NCBI GenBank assembly: GCA_964016885.1
Contig: CAXHJY010001687.1
Span: 1 to 64,000 of the forward strand
Direction of reading: 5' to 3'
Origin: Eledone cirrhosa
Lineage: Eukaryota
DNA: 64,000 nucleotides
The notes below the pieces were generated by a model that saw only the letters and a list, made by a program, of their open reading frames with translations, ran no database searches and was not told the origin of the DNA. Below are positions 44,741 through 60,195 of the stretch, in pieces. The stretch's first letter is position 1. Each line of letters opens with the position of its first letter. Position numbers and translations under genes: made by a program.

Positions 44741-45079
44741 CATCATTCATTTCCTTTTACGTCCGCTTTTTCCCTGCTTGCAAGGGTCGGACGGGAACTG
44801 ATTCTGGCTTGATTTCTACAGCTGGATGCCCTTCCTAACACCAACCTCATTTTACAGTGAGTGGTGGGTGCTTTTTTGCCGTGGCACCTCCACGACCACT
44901 TTACAGTGGTATGATAGGGACCCCAGTCCCTATCATCTCATTTCTACAGCTGAGTAAACTGGAGCAATGTGAAATAAAGTGTCTTGTTCAAGGAAACAAC
45001 ACATCGCCCAGTCTCAGAATTGAACTCACAACCTTTCAATTGCAAGGCCAATGCTCTAACCACTAAGCCATGTGCCTCC
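44741..45079 (-). mobile_element. tRNA-derived RTE-tailed SINE
   Basis: Reverse complement of 36840-37174. Confidence 0.9.
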
Positions 45080-45094
45080 ATTATGTATATGTAT

Positions 45095-46327
45095 ATCATC
45101 ATCATCATCATCATCATCGTTTAACGTCCATGTTCCACGCTTGCATGGGTTTGGACGGGAGTTTTCCCACTTGAGGCAAGAGTGGTTGTCTTGCTCGCAT
45201 AGGACTGTCTGGCAGGTTTTCTACAGCTGGATGCCCTTCGTAACACCAACCACATTTACAGTGTGGGACTGGGAGGTTTTTACCGTGTTACCTACACGGC
45301 CACATTACAGCGTGGACTGTGTGTTTTTTTGTCGTGACACCTACACGATCTCATTTGTTTCGGCCTGGATGTTGTGGCACCAACGTAACTTTACATTGAA
45401 AGGGGCGGTGTGGATGGGGTTGGGGTGGTGTGACGGGGGCGTATTTTGTTAGAGATGCCTACTGACTGTAGTAGGTTTACTTTGTATTTAGGCAAGGCGG
45501 GTCTTCTCTATTACTGAGTACCGCCAAAGATCTCGGTCCAGTGACATTGTCTTGGAGAGGTGTAAGTGTGTGAGGTCGGAATTTATCAGGTCGTCCCAGG
45601 TTTTTCTGGGTCTGCCTACTTCGTGGCTACCGTCTATCTTTATTGCCCTGCACTTTTTTATACAGCTGTCTTTCATGCGCATCACGTGACCATACCAACG
45701 TAGCCTTCTCTCGAGTAAACAACATCTGATCTCTCTTATTTCTAATTTTTCCCTTAGTTCGTTTATGCTTTGCCATTCACGTATATTACTATTACACATC
45801 CAGCGGAGCATGCAAGCTTCGTTCCTCTCTAGTCTGCGTATATCCTCTGCACACAATGCCCAGGTCTCACTGCCATGCAACATTGCTGTTCGTATGCAGG
45901 CATCATACAACCTGCCTTTCATTTTTAGGGAGAACCCTTTAATGGCTAATAGTGGTATAAGCTCTCTGAACTTTTTCCATCCAGTTCTGACTCTAGCTAC
46001 TGAGCATGGCCATTTCCCGGAAGGGACCGGCGCCTTATTTTCTTTCCTACAAACTAGAACTTTAGTCTTAGCCAGGTTAATTTTAAGGCCTTTTGATTCT
46101 AGGCCGTGCTTCCATGTTTGGAATTTCTTCTCTAGCTCGGCCATTGATTCAGCTATGAGCGTTAGATCATCTGCGTATAGGAGTTCCCATGGGCAGCCGG
46201 TCTTAAACTCCACTGTTATAGCCTGAAGGGCAATAATAAATAGTAGGGGGCTAAGAACAGAACCCTGATGAACACCAACTTTTACGCTAAACTCTTCACT
46301 ATATTCGTTGTTAATTCTTACCTTGCT

Positions 46328-46328
<1 letters not shown>
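45095..46328 (-). mobile_element. RTE subfamily B with an in-frame deletion of the PHD finger region
   Basis: ORF 45488-46213 reads [13 protein letters not shown]. Confidence 0.92.
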
Positions 46329-48368
<2,040 letters not shown>

Positions 48369-48370
<2 letters not shown>

Positions 48371-48625
48371 CAGGGTGCGGACGATATTTGTTCGCAAGAT
48401 TACTGTCTAGGAAAGAATAACACAGTAGTTTTATTTTTTAAGGTATATTTATCAAACTTGGGTCAGTTTGTCTTCATGACTTGTTCATTCGATCTCATTC
48501 GATAAACCCGCCTTTGGCTTTGATGACGGCCTCAAGGTGGTCTCGGAACCGGCTACAGGCCACTGTCACCCTACTTAGGCCCCTAAAGGCACTTGTGATC
48601 CTGGCTTTCAGATCGTCTTTGGTAT
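48369..48625 (-). mobile_element. 3' end of a Tc1/mariner-superfamily DNA transposon
   Basis: TA|CAGGGTG terminus; the minus strand encodes [21 protein letters not shown], a typical Tc1/maT transposase C-terminus. Confidence 0.75.
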
Positions 48626-48629
48626 TGCC

Positions 48630-49082
48630 GCTATACTGCTTGTCAGGTGCGTTTCGGTTAGTCCCATGCATAATGCTTGATTGCTTATGGGTAAGTCTCC
48701 CAGGTAGGAAATTTTACTCATGTTACTGAGTTTCACCAGGCCACTGACATTCAGCAGCAGCACTGGTGTGACTTTTGGGGTGCCAGTAATGGCTGTCGGT
48801 ATGACACCTGGTCTGGTGTCAGCAGCGGCCACTCTGGGTCCCTTAATTGTGGTGGTCTCGAGTGCTGGAGTGGGTAACCCTGGCTCTGGAGACGATGCAG
48901 CCAGGTCAGCTGTCCCACAATCTTCTCTGCCATCACTAAAAAATTGTTCTGCTCTGCTGCTGCCATCTGTATCTCGTCGGCATGTGCATGCCTTCTTGTT
49001 GGCGCGGCACGTGCGACATCAGCATACTTCTGGAGCGGCTTGTTTTGGCTCTGGCTGGGGCATGTTGCGCAAGTAGGATGTT
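48630..49082 (-). mobile_element. LINE fragment: putative ORF1 end and start of an APE endonuclease (CR1-like)
   Basis: LLNVSGL...LCMGLTETHL endonuclease N-terminal motifs. Confidence 0.6.
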
Positions 49083-49090
49083 TATATATG

Positions 49091-49123
<33 letters not shown>

Positions 49124-49168
49124 GTATATATGTATATATATATAAATATATATGTGTATATATATATA

Positions 49169-49199
<31 letters not shown>

Positions 49200-49303
49200 G
49201 TGTATATGTATATATATATATATATGTGTATATATGTGTACATATATATATGTGTATATGTATATATATATATATATGTGTATATATGTGTACATATATA
49301 TAC

Positions 49304-49335
<32 letters not shown>

Positions 49336-49458
49336 GTGTATATATGTGTACATATATATACATATATATATATATATATGTATGTATATATATATATATG
49401 TGTGTGTATATATATATGTGTATATATATAGATGTGTGTATATGTATATGTGTATATA

Positions 49459-50024
49459 TACAACCTGTCTCATGGTCGGGTCGTTGGCGACTAAACTGGC
49501 AACCCCACCAAGGTTTCTTGGTGAGGAGGGTGACTTTCGACATCCTGCAGGACTAAAAACAAAACCTGTCAAAGGGCAAAGGAGCTCTTAAGAGTCAATG
49601 GCCATCCAAAATCACTGGGAGAGATGACCCCCTTAGCTTTTGTCAAAGCAGAATTCTAGAAGGAAAACTCTGATATAACACCTGCAACTCTGATGGTATC
49701 CAATGGTGTTGACTTGTTCTTCTTTTTGGTAAATATCATCTTGGTTAAGAGAGTGGGACTGGCTTTGTGCAGTGCCTTTGCTCACTATAAAAGCTTCACG
49801 GCACAGGCATTGCTTTATATCTGGAGATCTCTCCGCACTTGTCGTCACATGGTACCATGGGCCCAGCACTGTGTGTCAATAATTGTCACAAGTGTAGTGA
49901 TTCTACCAGAGTTTTCAAGTCACTGGCTGGACTAAAAAGCCACACTCGTTCAGCGCATCGGTAGGGGTTCTCCTACATGGATATAAAGTAGTGGCCGTAC
50001 TCGAAAACGAGTTGGCAGCCACCA
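49459..50024 (+). mobile_element. Second copy of the non-autonomous element at 4206-4815
   Basis: Reverse complement of ~4206-4774 with few substitutions; TA-flanked. Confidence 0.85.
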
Positions 50025-50137
50025 TGTATGTATATATTTATGTATGTATGTATGTATACATATATATATTTATGTATGTATGTATATATATATGTATGTA
50101 TGTATTTATATATATATGTATATGTGTATATATATAT

Positions 50138-50722
50138 ATCATCATCATCATCAACGTTTAACGTCCATCTTCCACGCTTGCATGGGTTTGGACGGGAGGT
50201 TTCCCACTTGAGGCAAGAGTGGTTGTCTTGCTCGCATAGGACTGTCTGGCAAGTTTTCTATGGCTGGATGCTCTTCCTAACAGCAACCACGTTTACAGTG
50301 TGGACTGGAAGGTTTTTACCGTGTTACCTACACGGCCACATTACAGCGTGGACTGTGTTTTTTTTGTCGTGACACCTACACAATATCATTTGTTTCGGAC
50401 TGGATGTTGTGCTACCAACATAACTTCACATTTAAGGGGGTAGTGGGACGGGGGGTAGGGGGTGTATTTTGTTAGAGGTGCCTACTGACTGTAGATTTCG
50501 CTTTGTACTTAGGCAAGGCGGGTCTTCTGTATGACTGTGTAGTGCCAAAGATCTCAGTCCAGTGACATTGTCTTGGAGAGGTGTAAGTGTGTGAGGTCGG
50601 AATTTATCAAGTCGTCCCAGGTTTTTCTGGGTCTGCCTACTCCGTGGCTACCGTCTATTTTTATCGCCCTGCACTTTTTTATACAGCTGTCGTCTTTCAT
50701 GCGCATCACGTGACCGTACCAA
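50138..50722 (-). mobile_element. RTE subfamily B 3' fragment
   Basis: [11 protein letters not shown]...GRPRKTW; B-type 3' UTR; (GAT)n tail. Confidence 0.9.
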
Positions 50723-50739
50723 CATAATATATGTATATA

Positions 50740-50781
<42 letters not shown>

Positions 50782-50799
50782 TATATACATATATATATA

Positions 50800-50995
50800 A
50801 TAATAATAATTGTTTCTACTTTTAGCACAAGGCCAGCAATTCAACAGTACATTACTGGTACTTTATTTTATCGACCCCGTAAGGATGAAAGGCAAAGTTA
50901 ACCTCGGCGGGATTTGAACCCAGATCATAAACGGCCGTAACTCTTTGCTGCAAAGCATGGCGTCCGACCCTCTACCTATACTGCCAATCTATCTA
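50800..50995 (-). mobile_element. Second tRNA-derived SINE family (related copies at ~55025-55180 and ~60600-60740)
   Basis: Shared gaaaggcaaagtt-acct-ggcgggatttgaac (B box ggttcaaatcc on the minus strand) and ctggtactt...tatc blocks. Confidence 0.7.
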
Positions 50996-51184
50996 GCCAT
51001 AATGAAACGTGTGTAGGAATGAAAGAATAAATAATAATTTCATACCATTGATTTTCTTATAATATTGAATATATATATCAATGTATTAGGACAATATGAC
51101 GGGCTTATATTGACGCTGGAGATAGCAGCCAAAACCGTCTAAATCATCTCAAAAGTGATGGAGCAATACATATATATATATATA

Positions 51185-52860
51185 ATCATCATTTAATATC
51201 TATTTTCTCTGTTAAGCATAGATTGGACAGGTTTTCACAGACGAAGTCAATACTCAAATAGTACTGACCTCTCTGATGGGCCAGTGGTTTGCATCTTGCT
51301 TATATACGATCCCAAGTCGTACCAAATGCTTTTAATCATGATACCACCACTAGGGTTGAAGCATACTTCTCATTTGTTTTTCGCCTTCTCTCTGAGAGAA
51401 AAGTCCTTTGTTGTCAGTAGAGGTACCAGCTCTCTAAACCTCTTCCAGCCCATTCTACCCCTGGCTATCACACTTTCATAGCATCATCTCTCATTGTTAA
51501 TTAGATCACCTAGGTAACACAAGCTGTCAACAACTTCTTGGGAGCCTTCCTGGTAACTGAAAGAATCAATTTCACATATGTTCTTAGTACTTACTTCTTC
51601 TGTGTATCTGTCTTCTGTAACCTACCTGTAATCTCAATACATCTCTTGTGCATTCATAGATTACACTGTGTACACCTTATGGAATTTCTGCCCAACCCTT
51701 TATCTGATATGTCAAATAGCCTCTTCTCTGATCATATCATCCTCATATTCTCTTTCCTACATAAAACTTTCATCTTTGCTAAGTTTACTTTTAGGCCTTT
51801 CATTTCTAGGTTTTTCATCCTTGATTGGAATTTTGCCTCTAACTCTCCTACATATTCAGCTACAGGGACTAGGTCATCAGCATATAAGAGCTTCCATGGA
51901 GTGCCAGTTTTAAAACTCCTCAGTGATGGCTTGAATGACAAAGATAAACAAGAGTGGACTGAGGACTTATCCCTAGTGAACCGCCACTTGCACTTCAAAT
52001 TCACTCATTTCCAACCCTCACCCTGCTAGTTGCTCTTTTATATGACCTGCATGGCCCTCACAAGTCATCTACACCTAGTCTCCTAAGTGCCCACCAAATT
52101 ACAGAATTACAAGTTATTTGTCTATACCTAGCTTCCTGAGTGCCCACCAGAATATTGAGCGTGGAGCCCTGTCAAAAGCATTCTCCAGATCTACAAAAGC
52201 CAGATACAGTGGCTTACTCTTAGCGAAGTACCTCTCCTATAGTTCTCTCACCAGAAAGAGGGTATCAGTAGTACTCCTACTAGGCAAAAAGCCAAACTGT
52301 ATTTCATCTAATTAGTTGTGCTATAACCCTTTCAGCAACTTCCATGACCTAGTCCATCAACTTGATGCCTCTCTAGTTACCTCAGTCTGGTGTGTCTCCC
52401 TTACCCTTGTTGATTAACAAAGCATCTGACTAGTGGATATCCTACCATGACAGATGCTTTTAGTGTCTCAGCAACTATATCAGTTGGTCCCGCTGCCTTT
52501 CCTACTTTCATGACTTTAATTGCTTTATCTATCACCCTCCTTTTGACTTTTATGACTAGTCACTGTTGGATCTGCATAGGGTAGGCCCTCTATATCCTAT
52601 TTATTCTCTTCATTCAGCAGCCTCTCATAGTAACTTCATCATCAGACAGGACAAATGCTCCACTATCGTTTCAAACACACTTTTCTCCAACCACATCACA
52701 ATTTTCTCTTGTACACTGCCTCGCAATCTAAAATACTTCACAGTGTAGAATATATGTACACTGCCTCGCAATCTAAAATACTTCACAGTGTAGAATATAT
52801 GTACACTTCTTCTTTTCTGCTTCTCTCCTTGCTAGTTATACCTGGCTTCTCTTCTAGCTT
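51185..52860 (-). mobile_element. Old, heavily decayed RTE LINE
   Basis: FKTGTPWKLLYADDLV, KVNLAKMKVL, AFVDLENAFDR remnants; 45-bp tandem duplication at ~52710-52806. Confidence 0.85.
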
Positions 52861-53287
52861 TCTGTTATTGCTCTCTAGGTTAGGGTTTTGGACTCACAAT
52901 CATAAAATTGTGGATTCAGTTCCTGAACTGAGCAGTATATTGTGTTCTTGAGCAAGTTGTTTCATTTTATGTTGCTTTTCGTGATAACATGGGGCTCCTA
53001 TAATTAAAAATCACAAGAAACCTCCTATGAGATAATCCCTGTAGGAGGTCAGCTAAACCTGCATAGGTGTGAACTGTAAAACATGATGGTACTAGGATCT
53101 TTATCATTAAAATACCTTCCATGGGGTACAGCTTTGTAGGAGGCCAGCTAAACCTCCCGTAGGTGTGAGTTGTTAACTATGCATTACTTTTTATTTTGTA
53201 GTTTATAGAATTTCTTACAGAAAACCAAATTCATTAAATTAATCTCATATTTTTGTATTTTTTAGTTTCAGTCACTGGATATAAGCA

Positions 53288-54296
53288 ATGACCACTATTA
53301 CTGAAAGAAAATTTTTAAAAAATCTTAGCACACCTGCTGGGGATTTACGTTATGAAATTGAAAGATTATTGACGTTTTTTGAAAATATTCATCCAAAGTT
53401 AACATCTGTACAACTCTCTGGAAATGGTTATTATTACGATACGACAGCAGAAAAAATAATGTGCTATTTCTGTAAAACTGTAGTTAAGTTTTCAGATTCC
53501 AGTTTCAAACATGATCATTCGTGTAGATATAAAGTTGAGAGTTTTCCAGTATATGTATATGATGAAGCAGATGATGAAAATGCTGCAGCTTTTAATGCTC
53601 AGAGCACTGAGATCCAAACTGATTCTGCAATGCCAACTAATACTGAAAAAGTTATTAATTCAAATAAGAATGAAATGCTTGATATGCAAAAAAGACTGGA
53701 TACCTATAAAAATTGGAACAAAAATGTGCCAGTAACACCCACAGATCTTGCCAAGAATGGATTTTATTACTTAGGTTATGGAGATGCTGTTAAATGTGCA
53801 TACTGCTCTGTCCAATTGCGCAACTGGAAAGAAAATGATGATGTCCATAAAGAACATACACGTTTTAGTCCGAAATGTCCAAATTTAGAATCTTTTATGA
53901 AAATGGATTTGAAATACGAACTGAATCGGATAAAAAGTTTTGTCAAATGGACGACATCTTACCCATTAAAAGCTAAAGATTTGGCAGCTAATGGTTTCTA
54001 CCACAAGGGGCCTGCAGATAATGTCTGTTGTATTTTTTGCAAATGTGAAATCAATAATTGGAAAGCAGGTGATAACATTAAAGAAAAACATAGGTCAGTT
54101 TCTCCGAACTGCCCTTTCTTGTGTGAGAAATTGGTAGGTAATGTACCAATACAAGCTCGGAGTAACATTCTATTTGACCGCCCTATACATCCAAATCTTG
54201 CTTTGTTAAGTGAACGCCTTAAAACATTTTCTTTGTGGCCAAAGGATAAAAAGCAAAAACCAGAAGTTTTAGCAGAAGCTGGTTTTTTCCATAATG
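53288..54296 (+). CDS. IAP (BIRC/cIAP/DIAP2-like) first coding exon: atypical BIR, two canonical BIRs, first half of a fourth BIR
   Basis: KRLDTY...GFYY...CAYC-x16-H-x6-C; NRIKSF...CIFC-x16-H-x6-C; ERLKTF...LAEAGFF. Polypyrimidine-AG acceptor at ~53265 upstream of the ATG; phase-1 donor G|gtaggt at 54296. Confidence 0.92.
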
Positions 54297-56014
54297 GTAG
54301 GTGAACACAATTTTTATGTTTTTGTCGTTGATTAATTTTTTTTATAATATTAATTCCAATTTGCTAAATTGTATAACATGGTTTTGAATATTTTGCATAT
54401 TGTTGATAAATATACATCTTCCCCATTGACACAATAACTAAAAGATTTGAGTAGATAATCAAATCATTAACCTTATCCTTATGTCTAGTGTGTTCCTGAA
54501 AATTTAGAATTACCCTTTATTTATTTTATTCACTTACAGGAAACAAAAATATTAATCAGATTAATGAGCTACAGAACAATCGGACTTTTATTTTTATCTT
54601 TTGAGTTTATATTTACTTTGCTGCAGTTGTTGTTGCTATTATTATTTAACTTCAGCTTAGACGTGATTGAGCAGCTCTATTATCATGGGCATTCAGATTA
54701 TACTGTCCTGTTTTGTTTTTTTTTCCATTTTGAAAGACAGTAGAACATAATTTAGCTGCTGTTTCTAGCAATGTGAATGACTACAGAGGCTATACTATGT
54801 TTTTAATCTTTAGAATTGCCATCTTCTGGTGCAATTTCTGATGAATTTGTACAACACATATTTATAAACCCGTAACTCCTGATGGAATTATAGGGGTGCA
54901 TATTGACATATGGCATTTTTTAACCTGGTAGAGCACATTTCCTCTTCGGTCTGAACACAGCAGATTCCTTCCAGAGAAGGATATAAAATGAAAGAAGGAA
55001 GTTAAAATGAGATACAGAGGAAGAATCGACCCCAGTACTAGACTGGTACTTTTTTATCAACTGCAAAAGGACGAAAGGCATGGTTGACCTTGGCGGGATT
55101 TGAATTCAGAGAACAGAAAGCTGGAACAAATACTGCAAAGCATTCTATCCAACCTTCTAATGACTCTGTCAATTCACCACATTTGTACATCATACATCAA
55201 GGTAAAATTAAAAGACTGAGCAATATTTGTTACTCTTTTACCTGTTCCAACCATCCAGCTGAGGCCATGCTGGGGTACCACCCTAGAGATTAGTATAATT
55301 GATGATGATTTATTGTCAGAAATGTAATGAGAAAAGATTCATTTTGAAAAACTGTAGAAGTCTCATATCAGTTAAGAAATGTAACACAAGTCTACAACAG
55401 TTTTTTCAGAACCATCACAACAAATAACTATAACCCTATGTTAGTTGAGAACCGATTTACATTTTCTGTAAATCAGAAATCATTCCAGTCTCATACATCA
55501 TTTGCTTCAACATTTTCAAAATTATTCCACTACCATTTGTCTTTAAATCATATTGTCATCTGACTCAGTGAGTAAAAGGTCTCAAAGCAATACATTTCAT
55601 TACTTTATAACTATCTACGCATGCTAGCTTCACAGTCTATAATATTATTATCATCTTTACATTAATTTTTCCATGTTTGCATAGGTCCTCTCTAACACAG
55701 CATTCAGTCAAGTAAAGGACGTGACAACCTCTTTACTGCTGGTATCACAATAGAATGCACCCAGTACACTCTGTAAAGTGACTGCCATTAGGAAGGATGC
55801 CCAGCTGTATAAACCATCATTTTATCATCTCCTTTGTGAGGTTCAATATCCTGAAATCACATTTCATCATTTGTTGTCATGTCTTTCTTGTTTTTTTTTC
55901 TTCCCGATTTCTTATTACTTCTCTGATCAATGGGCATCATCTATTTGCATTCCATGTCTGTACTAACACAGTTTTATCTCTTGCACATCATAATCATCAT
56001 TATTTAATATCCAC

Positions 56015-56572
56015 TTTCCAGAGAAGGTCCTAGAAAATAAGACTGTGAAACTCTTATGGGACTTTGCAATTGAGACAGATACAGTTCTTGAAAACACAGG
56101 GCCCAACATAACTCTGGTGGAGAAAGGTATTGAAAGGAGATGTTTGTTGATTGATGTAGCTTATCTAGGAGAACATTACATTAATGATAAAGAAAACGAG
56201 AGAAATCGTAAAGCATGCAGACTCGAAAATAGATGTTGAGAGAATATGGAATATGAAAACATGAGTGGTACCAATTGTGATTGGTGCACTTGGGGTGGTA
56301 AAAGAAAGCCTCCAGTAAAACCTTGATAGAATTGGAATCAGCTCCAGCTTTACAACATGGTAGAAAACAATATATTTGGGGCAGCAAACACCTTGCAGAG
56401 GTTCCTGTCTATCTGAGGTTACATAACTTTATAAGGAGTCAATTAAATGATCCAGTGTTAATAAGATCATCATCGTGTAAATGATTATGAATAATAATGA
56501 TAATAATAATAATCATGGTGGTATAATGATAATAATAATAATAATAGTAATTATAATAATATAACAATAATT
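56015..56572 (+). mobile_element. 3' relic of an R4/Dong-like (RLE endonuclease) non-LTR retrotransposon with a (TAA)n tail
   Basis: PEKVLEN...LLWDFAIETD...PNITLVEK...CLLIDVA...KE, followed by aataataat repeats. Confidence 0.75.
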
Positions 56573-56874
56573 AAGGTAAATATTTTCAAAGTAAGGAGTA
56601 ATGATAAGCTATTTGTTGTCGTACATAGGTATGCGCTTACAAACATAGATGCATGCATATATTACATGTGCAAAAGTATAGAATATAGAAAATATATATA
56701 TAAAAAAGTATAAAGTTTGGTTGTTCTTAATTACTGCATCATAGCATATATCATCTACATACTGTTGAGATATAAATTCATACTTTCCATAAGGATACAA
56801 TGTTGGGCTGTATTATAAGAAAGTTTTATATAGTTTATGTTTGCAAACCAGTTTCCACAGATCTTTGTTTAAAA

Positions 56875-56956
56875 TATTGGGTTGTAACATAAATTCTCGC
56901 CGTTGTTATAAAACTTCTTAATAAACAACGGCGGGAATTTATGTTACAACCCAATA
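56875..56956. mobile_element. 82-bp mariner-type MITE (33-bp inverted repeats including TA)
   Basis: tattgggttgtaacataaattctcgccgttgtt / aacaacggcgggaatttatgttacaacccaata; 1 mismatch, 16-nt spacer. Confidence 0.8.
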
Positions 56957-57149
56957 CATCCATTGGTATAAAGGATTTCTAAAGCTTCAGCAACATAAAG
57001 ATCGCAAGGTATTTTATTGCCATTATAGGATCTCCCAGTGGAACTTATATTGGCGGTTTTTGTCTTTTAAACTCCAGATATAGGCCAAAAGTGAAGTAAT
57101 ATTCCTGCTTAAAAGAATTTCAAAATGTCTTCAAAATTACTGCCTCTGA

Positions 57150-57560
57150 GGTTTTCCTTCAGTTTGGGTAACAACCAAAAGTCACAGGGAGCAAGGTCTG
57201 GAAAGTAGGGACAGTGAGAGACAGTTTTGATGCCCATCACTGTCAAGTAGGTGGTTACCAGGATGGAATTGTGGACTGGTGGATTTTGCTGGTGCCACTA
57301 ACCCAAGTGGAAAAGCTTTAGCCTTCCTGAACTCCCTCAACACCTCCAGAAAATACTCTTTGTTGACCATTTAACCAGAGGGAACCCAGTGAATCTTGAT
57401 AATTCTCTTACTATCGAAAAAGAGGATAGTCATGAGCTTCTCGGTCGACTGGCTTCCTCAGGTCTGGGGGAACCATGAGGCTTCCATTGGCACTCTGACT
57501 TTCGTCACTGGTCACCAGAAACTCAAATCCTCTTGTGATTGGCGGTAATGCATCTTTCCT
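57150..57560 (-). mobile_element. Decayed mariner transposase fragment
   Basis: LVTSDES, VNKEYFLEVL and HCPYFPDLAPCDFWLLPKLK (the YSPDLAP motif) across frameshifts. Confidence 0.85.
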
Positions 57561-59144
57561 GTTCATCACTGAACTTCCTCGGAAGAAATTTTGTACATAT
57601 TCAGATCTTGGTTGGTGTTGATAAAAGACAATCATCCACCTATAAATATACATACTTCAAAGTAGCTCTCTGGGCTGAAATAAATAAATGAATGTTCAAT
57701 TTTATTTTTTAATGAAATCTACAAATATTCCATAATATACCATAGTTAGAATTTTAGCTATCATAAGTCTCAGTGAAAAAAAAAAGACATTCTGCTTTTC
57801 TAAACTGTCTGAACAACTTATTTATTGCTCTTAAATTCTCTTTGGATTATATCAACTCAAAGGATTTGGTTGGGGAGTTTAGACTTGTTCCTTCAACTCA
57901 GCATTTACACTTAACTGTTCTGTTGTTACTAAATAAACACTAACTTGTTATCTTCAAAAGTGATGGCTGTTAGAATCAGTATTTACTGTATATACTAGAA
58001 TCAGTATTTACTGTATATACTCATATATAAGCAGAGAAATATGTGACCAAAAAATCTATGGTAAAATGGAGGGTCAGATTATATTCAAGGTTGATATTTT
58101 GCCATTTTTCACCAACTTCAAAATTCTATGTAAATGTACACAGGTTTCATTTTGGAGGTGAATATTACAAATTCGTATTTCATATTGTTTTTTTTTTAAT
58201 ATTTTGAATGAATATGGCCTTCAAATCAGTTGGAAATTGGTAAAAAAAAAAAATCATTATGCAAGGGAGTTGTGAAACAAAAACTGTTCTCTAATCCAGT
58301 GTTTCTCAACCTTTTGAGATGCTAAAATATTTGCGTTTTGGAGGTGAATATTAAACTAGTTTCACTTCCATCGTGAAATTCATATTTCCTATTGTTTTTT
58401 ATGTTTTATAAACAGTCAGAAATAGGAAAAAAATCATTATGTAATGGAGTTGTGAAACAACAACTATACTTTGAACAACACTTAAAGCATTTTAGATATC
58501 AAAATATTAAAACTTCATAAGTATATTCTCCACACATGAGAATTTCAAAACCAGACCATTTAAACATGTGTTGATTACCTGCCTCATCTTATAAACAGGG
58601 TTTGGATTTTTGCCTATTTCTTCGACATATATATATATACTAATAATAATAAAAAAGACAAAGTGTTAGATCTTCATTACGTTAATTGAAGTGTGACACG
58701 CGTTTCGCAATTGATCAGCTCAAGGCTCGATCTGGCCCAACTCTAGAATCAATAACTCATTGGATTTCTGTTATGGTAATGACTGAATCATTCTGACATT
58801 ACTATAACAGAAGTTCAATGTAATGAAGACCTAACACTTCATCCTTTTCATTGTTATTAGTATTACACTCTGCTTAGTACAACACCAATATATCTACTGG
58901 AAACTGCATCGAATGCTCACTCTGGTTACAATCCCTAAATTATATATATATATATATTCGAGTATATATGGTAGTTTTATTCTGAGCCCTAGTTACAGTG
59001 GGGCTTAGTTTTATTCTGAGTTCTAGTTCTACGAGGGCTTAATTTCATTCTAAGTTCTAGTCCCACCAGAGTTGTCTTTCTTGATTCTTAAGAAAAATCC
59101 TTCAATTTTAAATTGTTTACTTTTGTTTTTCTATTGGCCTACAG

Positions 59145-59326
59145 GAAAGTCTGATACAGTTATATGTTTTAGCTGTGATGGTGGTTTATGTAATTGGGAT
59201 GATGATGACCAACCATGGCACGAACATGCTCGGTGGTTTCCAAGGTGTACTTTTGTACAACAGATGAAAGATTCCAAGTACATCGCATCAGCAAGTATGA
59301 AAAATAAAGCATCTTCATATAACCAA
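59145..59326 (+). CDS. IAP coding exon 2 (second half of the fourth BIR)
   Basis: Acceptor cctacag|; (G)KSDTVICFSCDGGLCNWDDDDQPWHEHARWFPRC; donor |gtaagt; phases join exon 1. Confidence 0.93.
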
Positions 59327-59574
59327 GTAAGTAAAAATAATAAAATCATCATCATCATCACCATTTAACCCTTTAATATTCAAACTGGCCAAAACCGGCC
59401 AGAATTTTCTACCTCTTTCTGTTGAAACTGGCTGTAACTAGTCGCTCAAATTGATGTTAAGGTATTGTTCTCAAAATAAATACTTTCAAAATCTCATAGA
59501 TTTGATATTATGTGAGATAAAGCATTTAACATGAAAATATAATAGTATATATAGAGTAATGTGAATGCTAAAGT

Positions 59575-60195
59575 GTTAATGTACATTTTCCATGCTAGCA
59601 TGGGTTAGACGAATTGTCCACTTGTGAGACAAGCCAGGTCCAATGACTATATCTTGCTCATACAGAATTGATTTTGGCTTGTTTCTATGGTTGGATGCCC
59701 TTCCTAATGCCAACCACATTTACAGTGTGTACTAGGTACTTTTTGTCATGTCACCAAAACGACCACTTTACAGTGTTGGATGGGTGAGGTGCAAGGGGAT
59801 TGGTGCTTCATACTAGATGTATGTTTCAACCATGTAGACTGAGGACTTGATTGGGGGAAGTAGATCTAGGTATGTGGGTGAGGGAGGGGTGTTAAGACGT
59901 GGGTGATGAAGGTGCTGCATACTAAATGTATGCTTCAACACTTGCACAAGGGTTGGCAGGTCTTTTGTATTACTGCATAACACCAGAGATCTTGGTTTTG
60001 TGACATTGCCTTTGAGATGTGAAATTGTGCAAGGTTAGCTTTTATCACCTCATCTCAGGTCTTCCTACTCCACAGCTTCCATCAACTTGAGTGTTCTGCA
60101 CCTTTTTATAAAGCTGTCATCCTTCATATGCATCACATGTCCATACCAACACAATCTCCTCTCCTGCACACTGCATTTGATCCCTGTTATGCCTA
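59575..60195 (-). mobile_element. Decayed RTE subfamily A-like 3' end in an IAP intron
   Basis: ttccatgctagcatgggttagacg and ggatgcccttcctaa 3' UTR motifs; WYGHVM remnant. Confidence 0.8.

Noticed and set aside
54838-54870. CTGATGA followed by a weak hairpin
   Set aside because: No GAAA or cleavage site.
58970-59070. Three ~31-bp tandem units (also short duplications at ~52710, ~53040 and ~57970); CRISPR-like at first glance
   Set aside because: No unique spacers, no cas genes, eukaryotic intron context; ordinary minisatellite or slippage.
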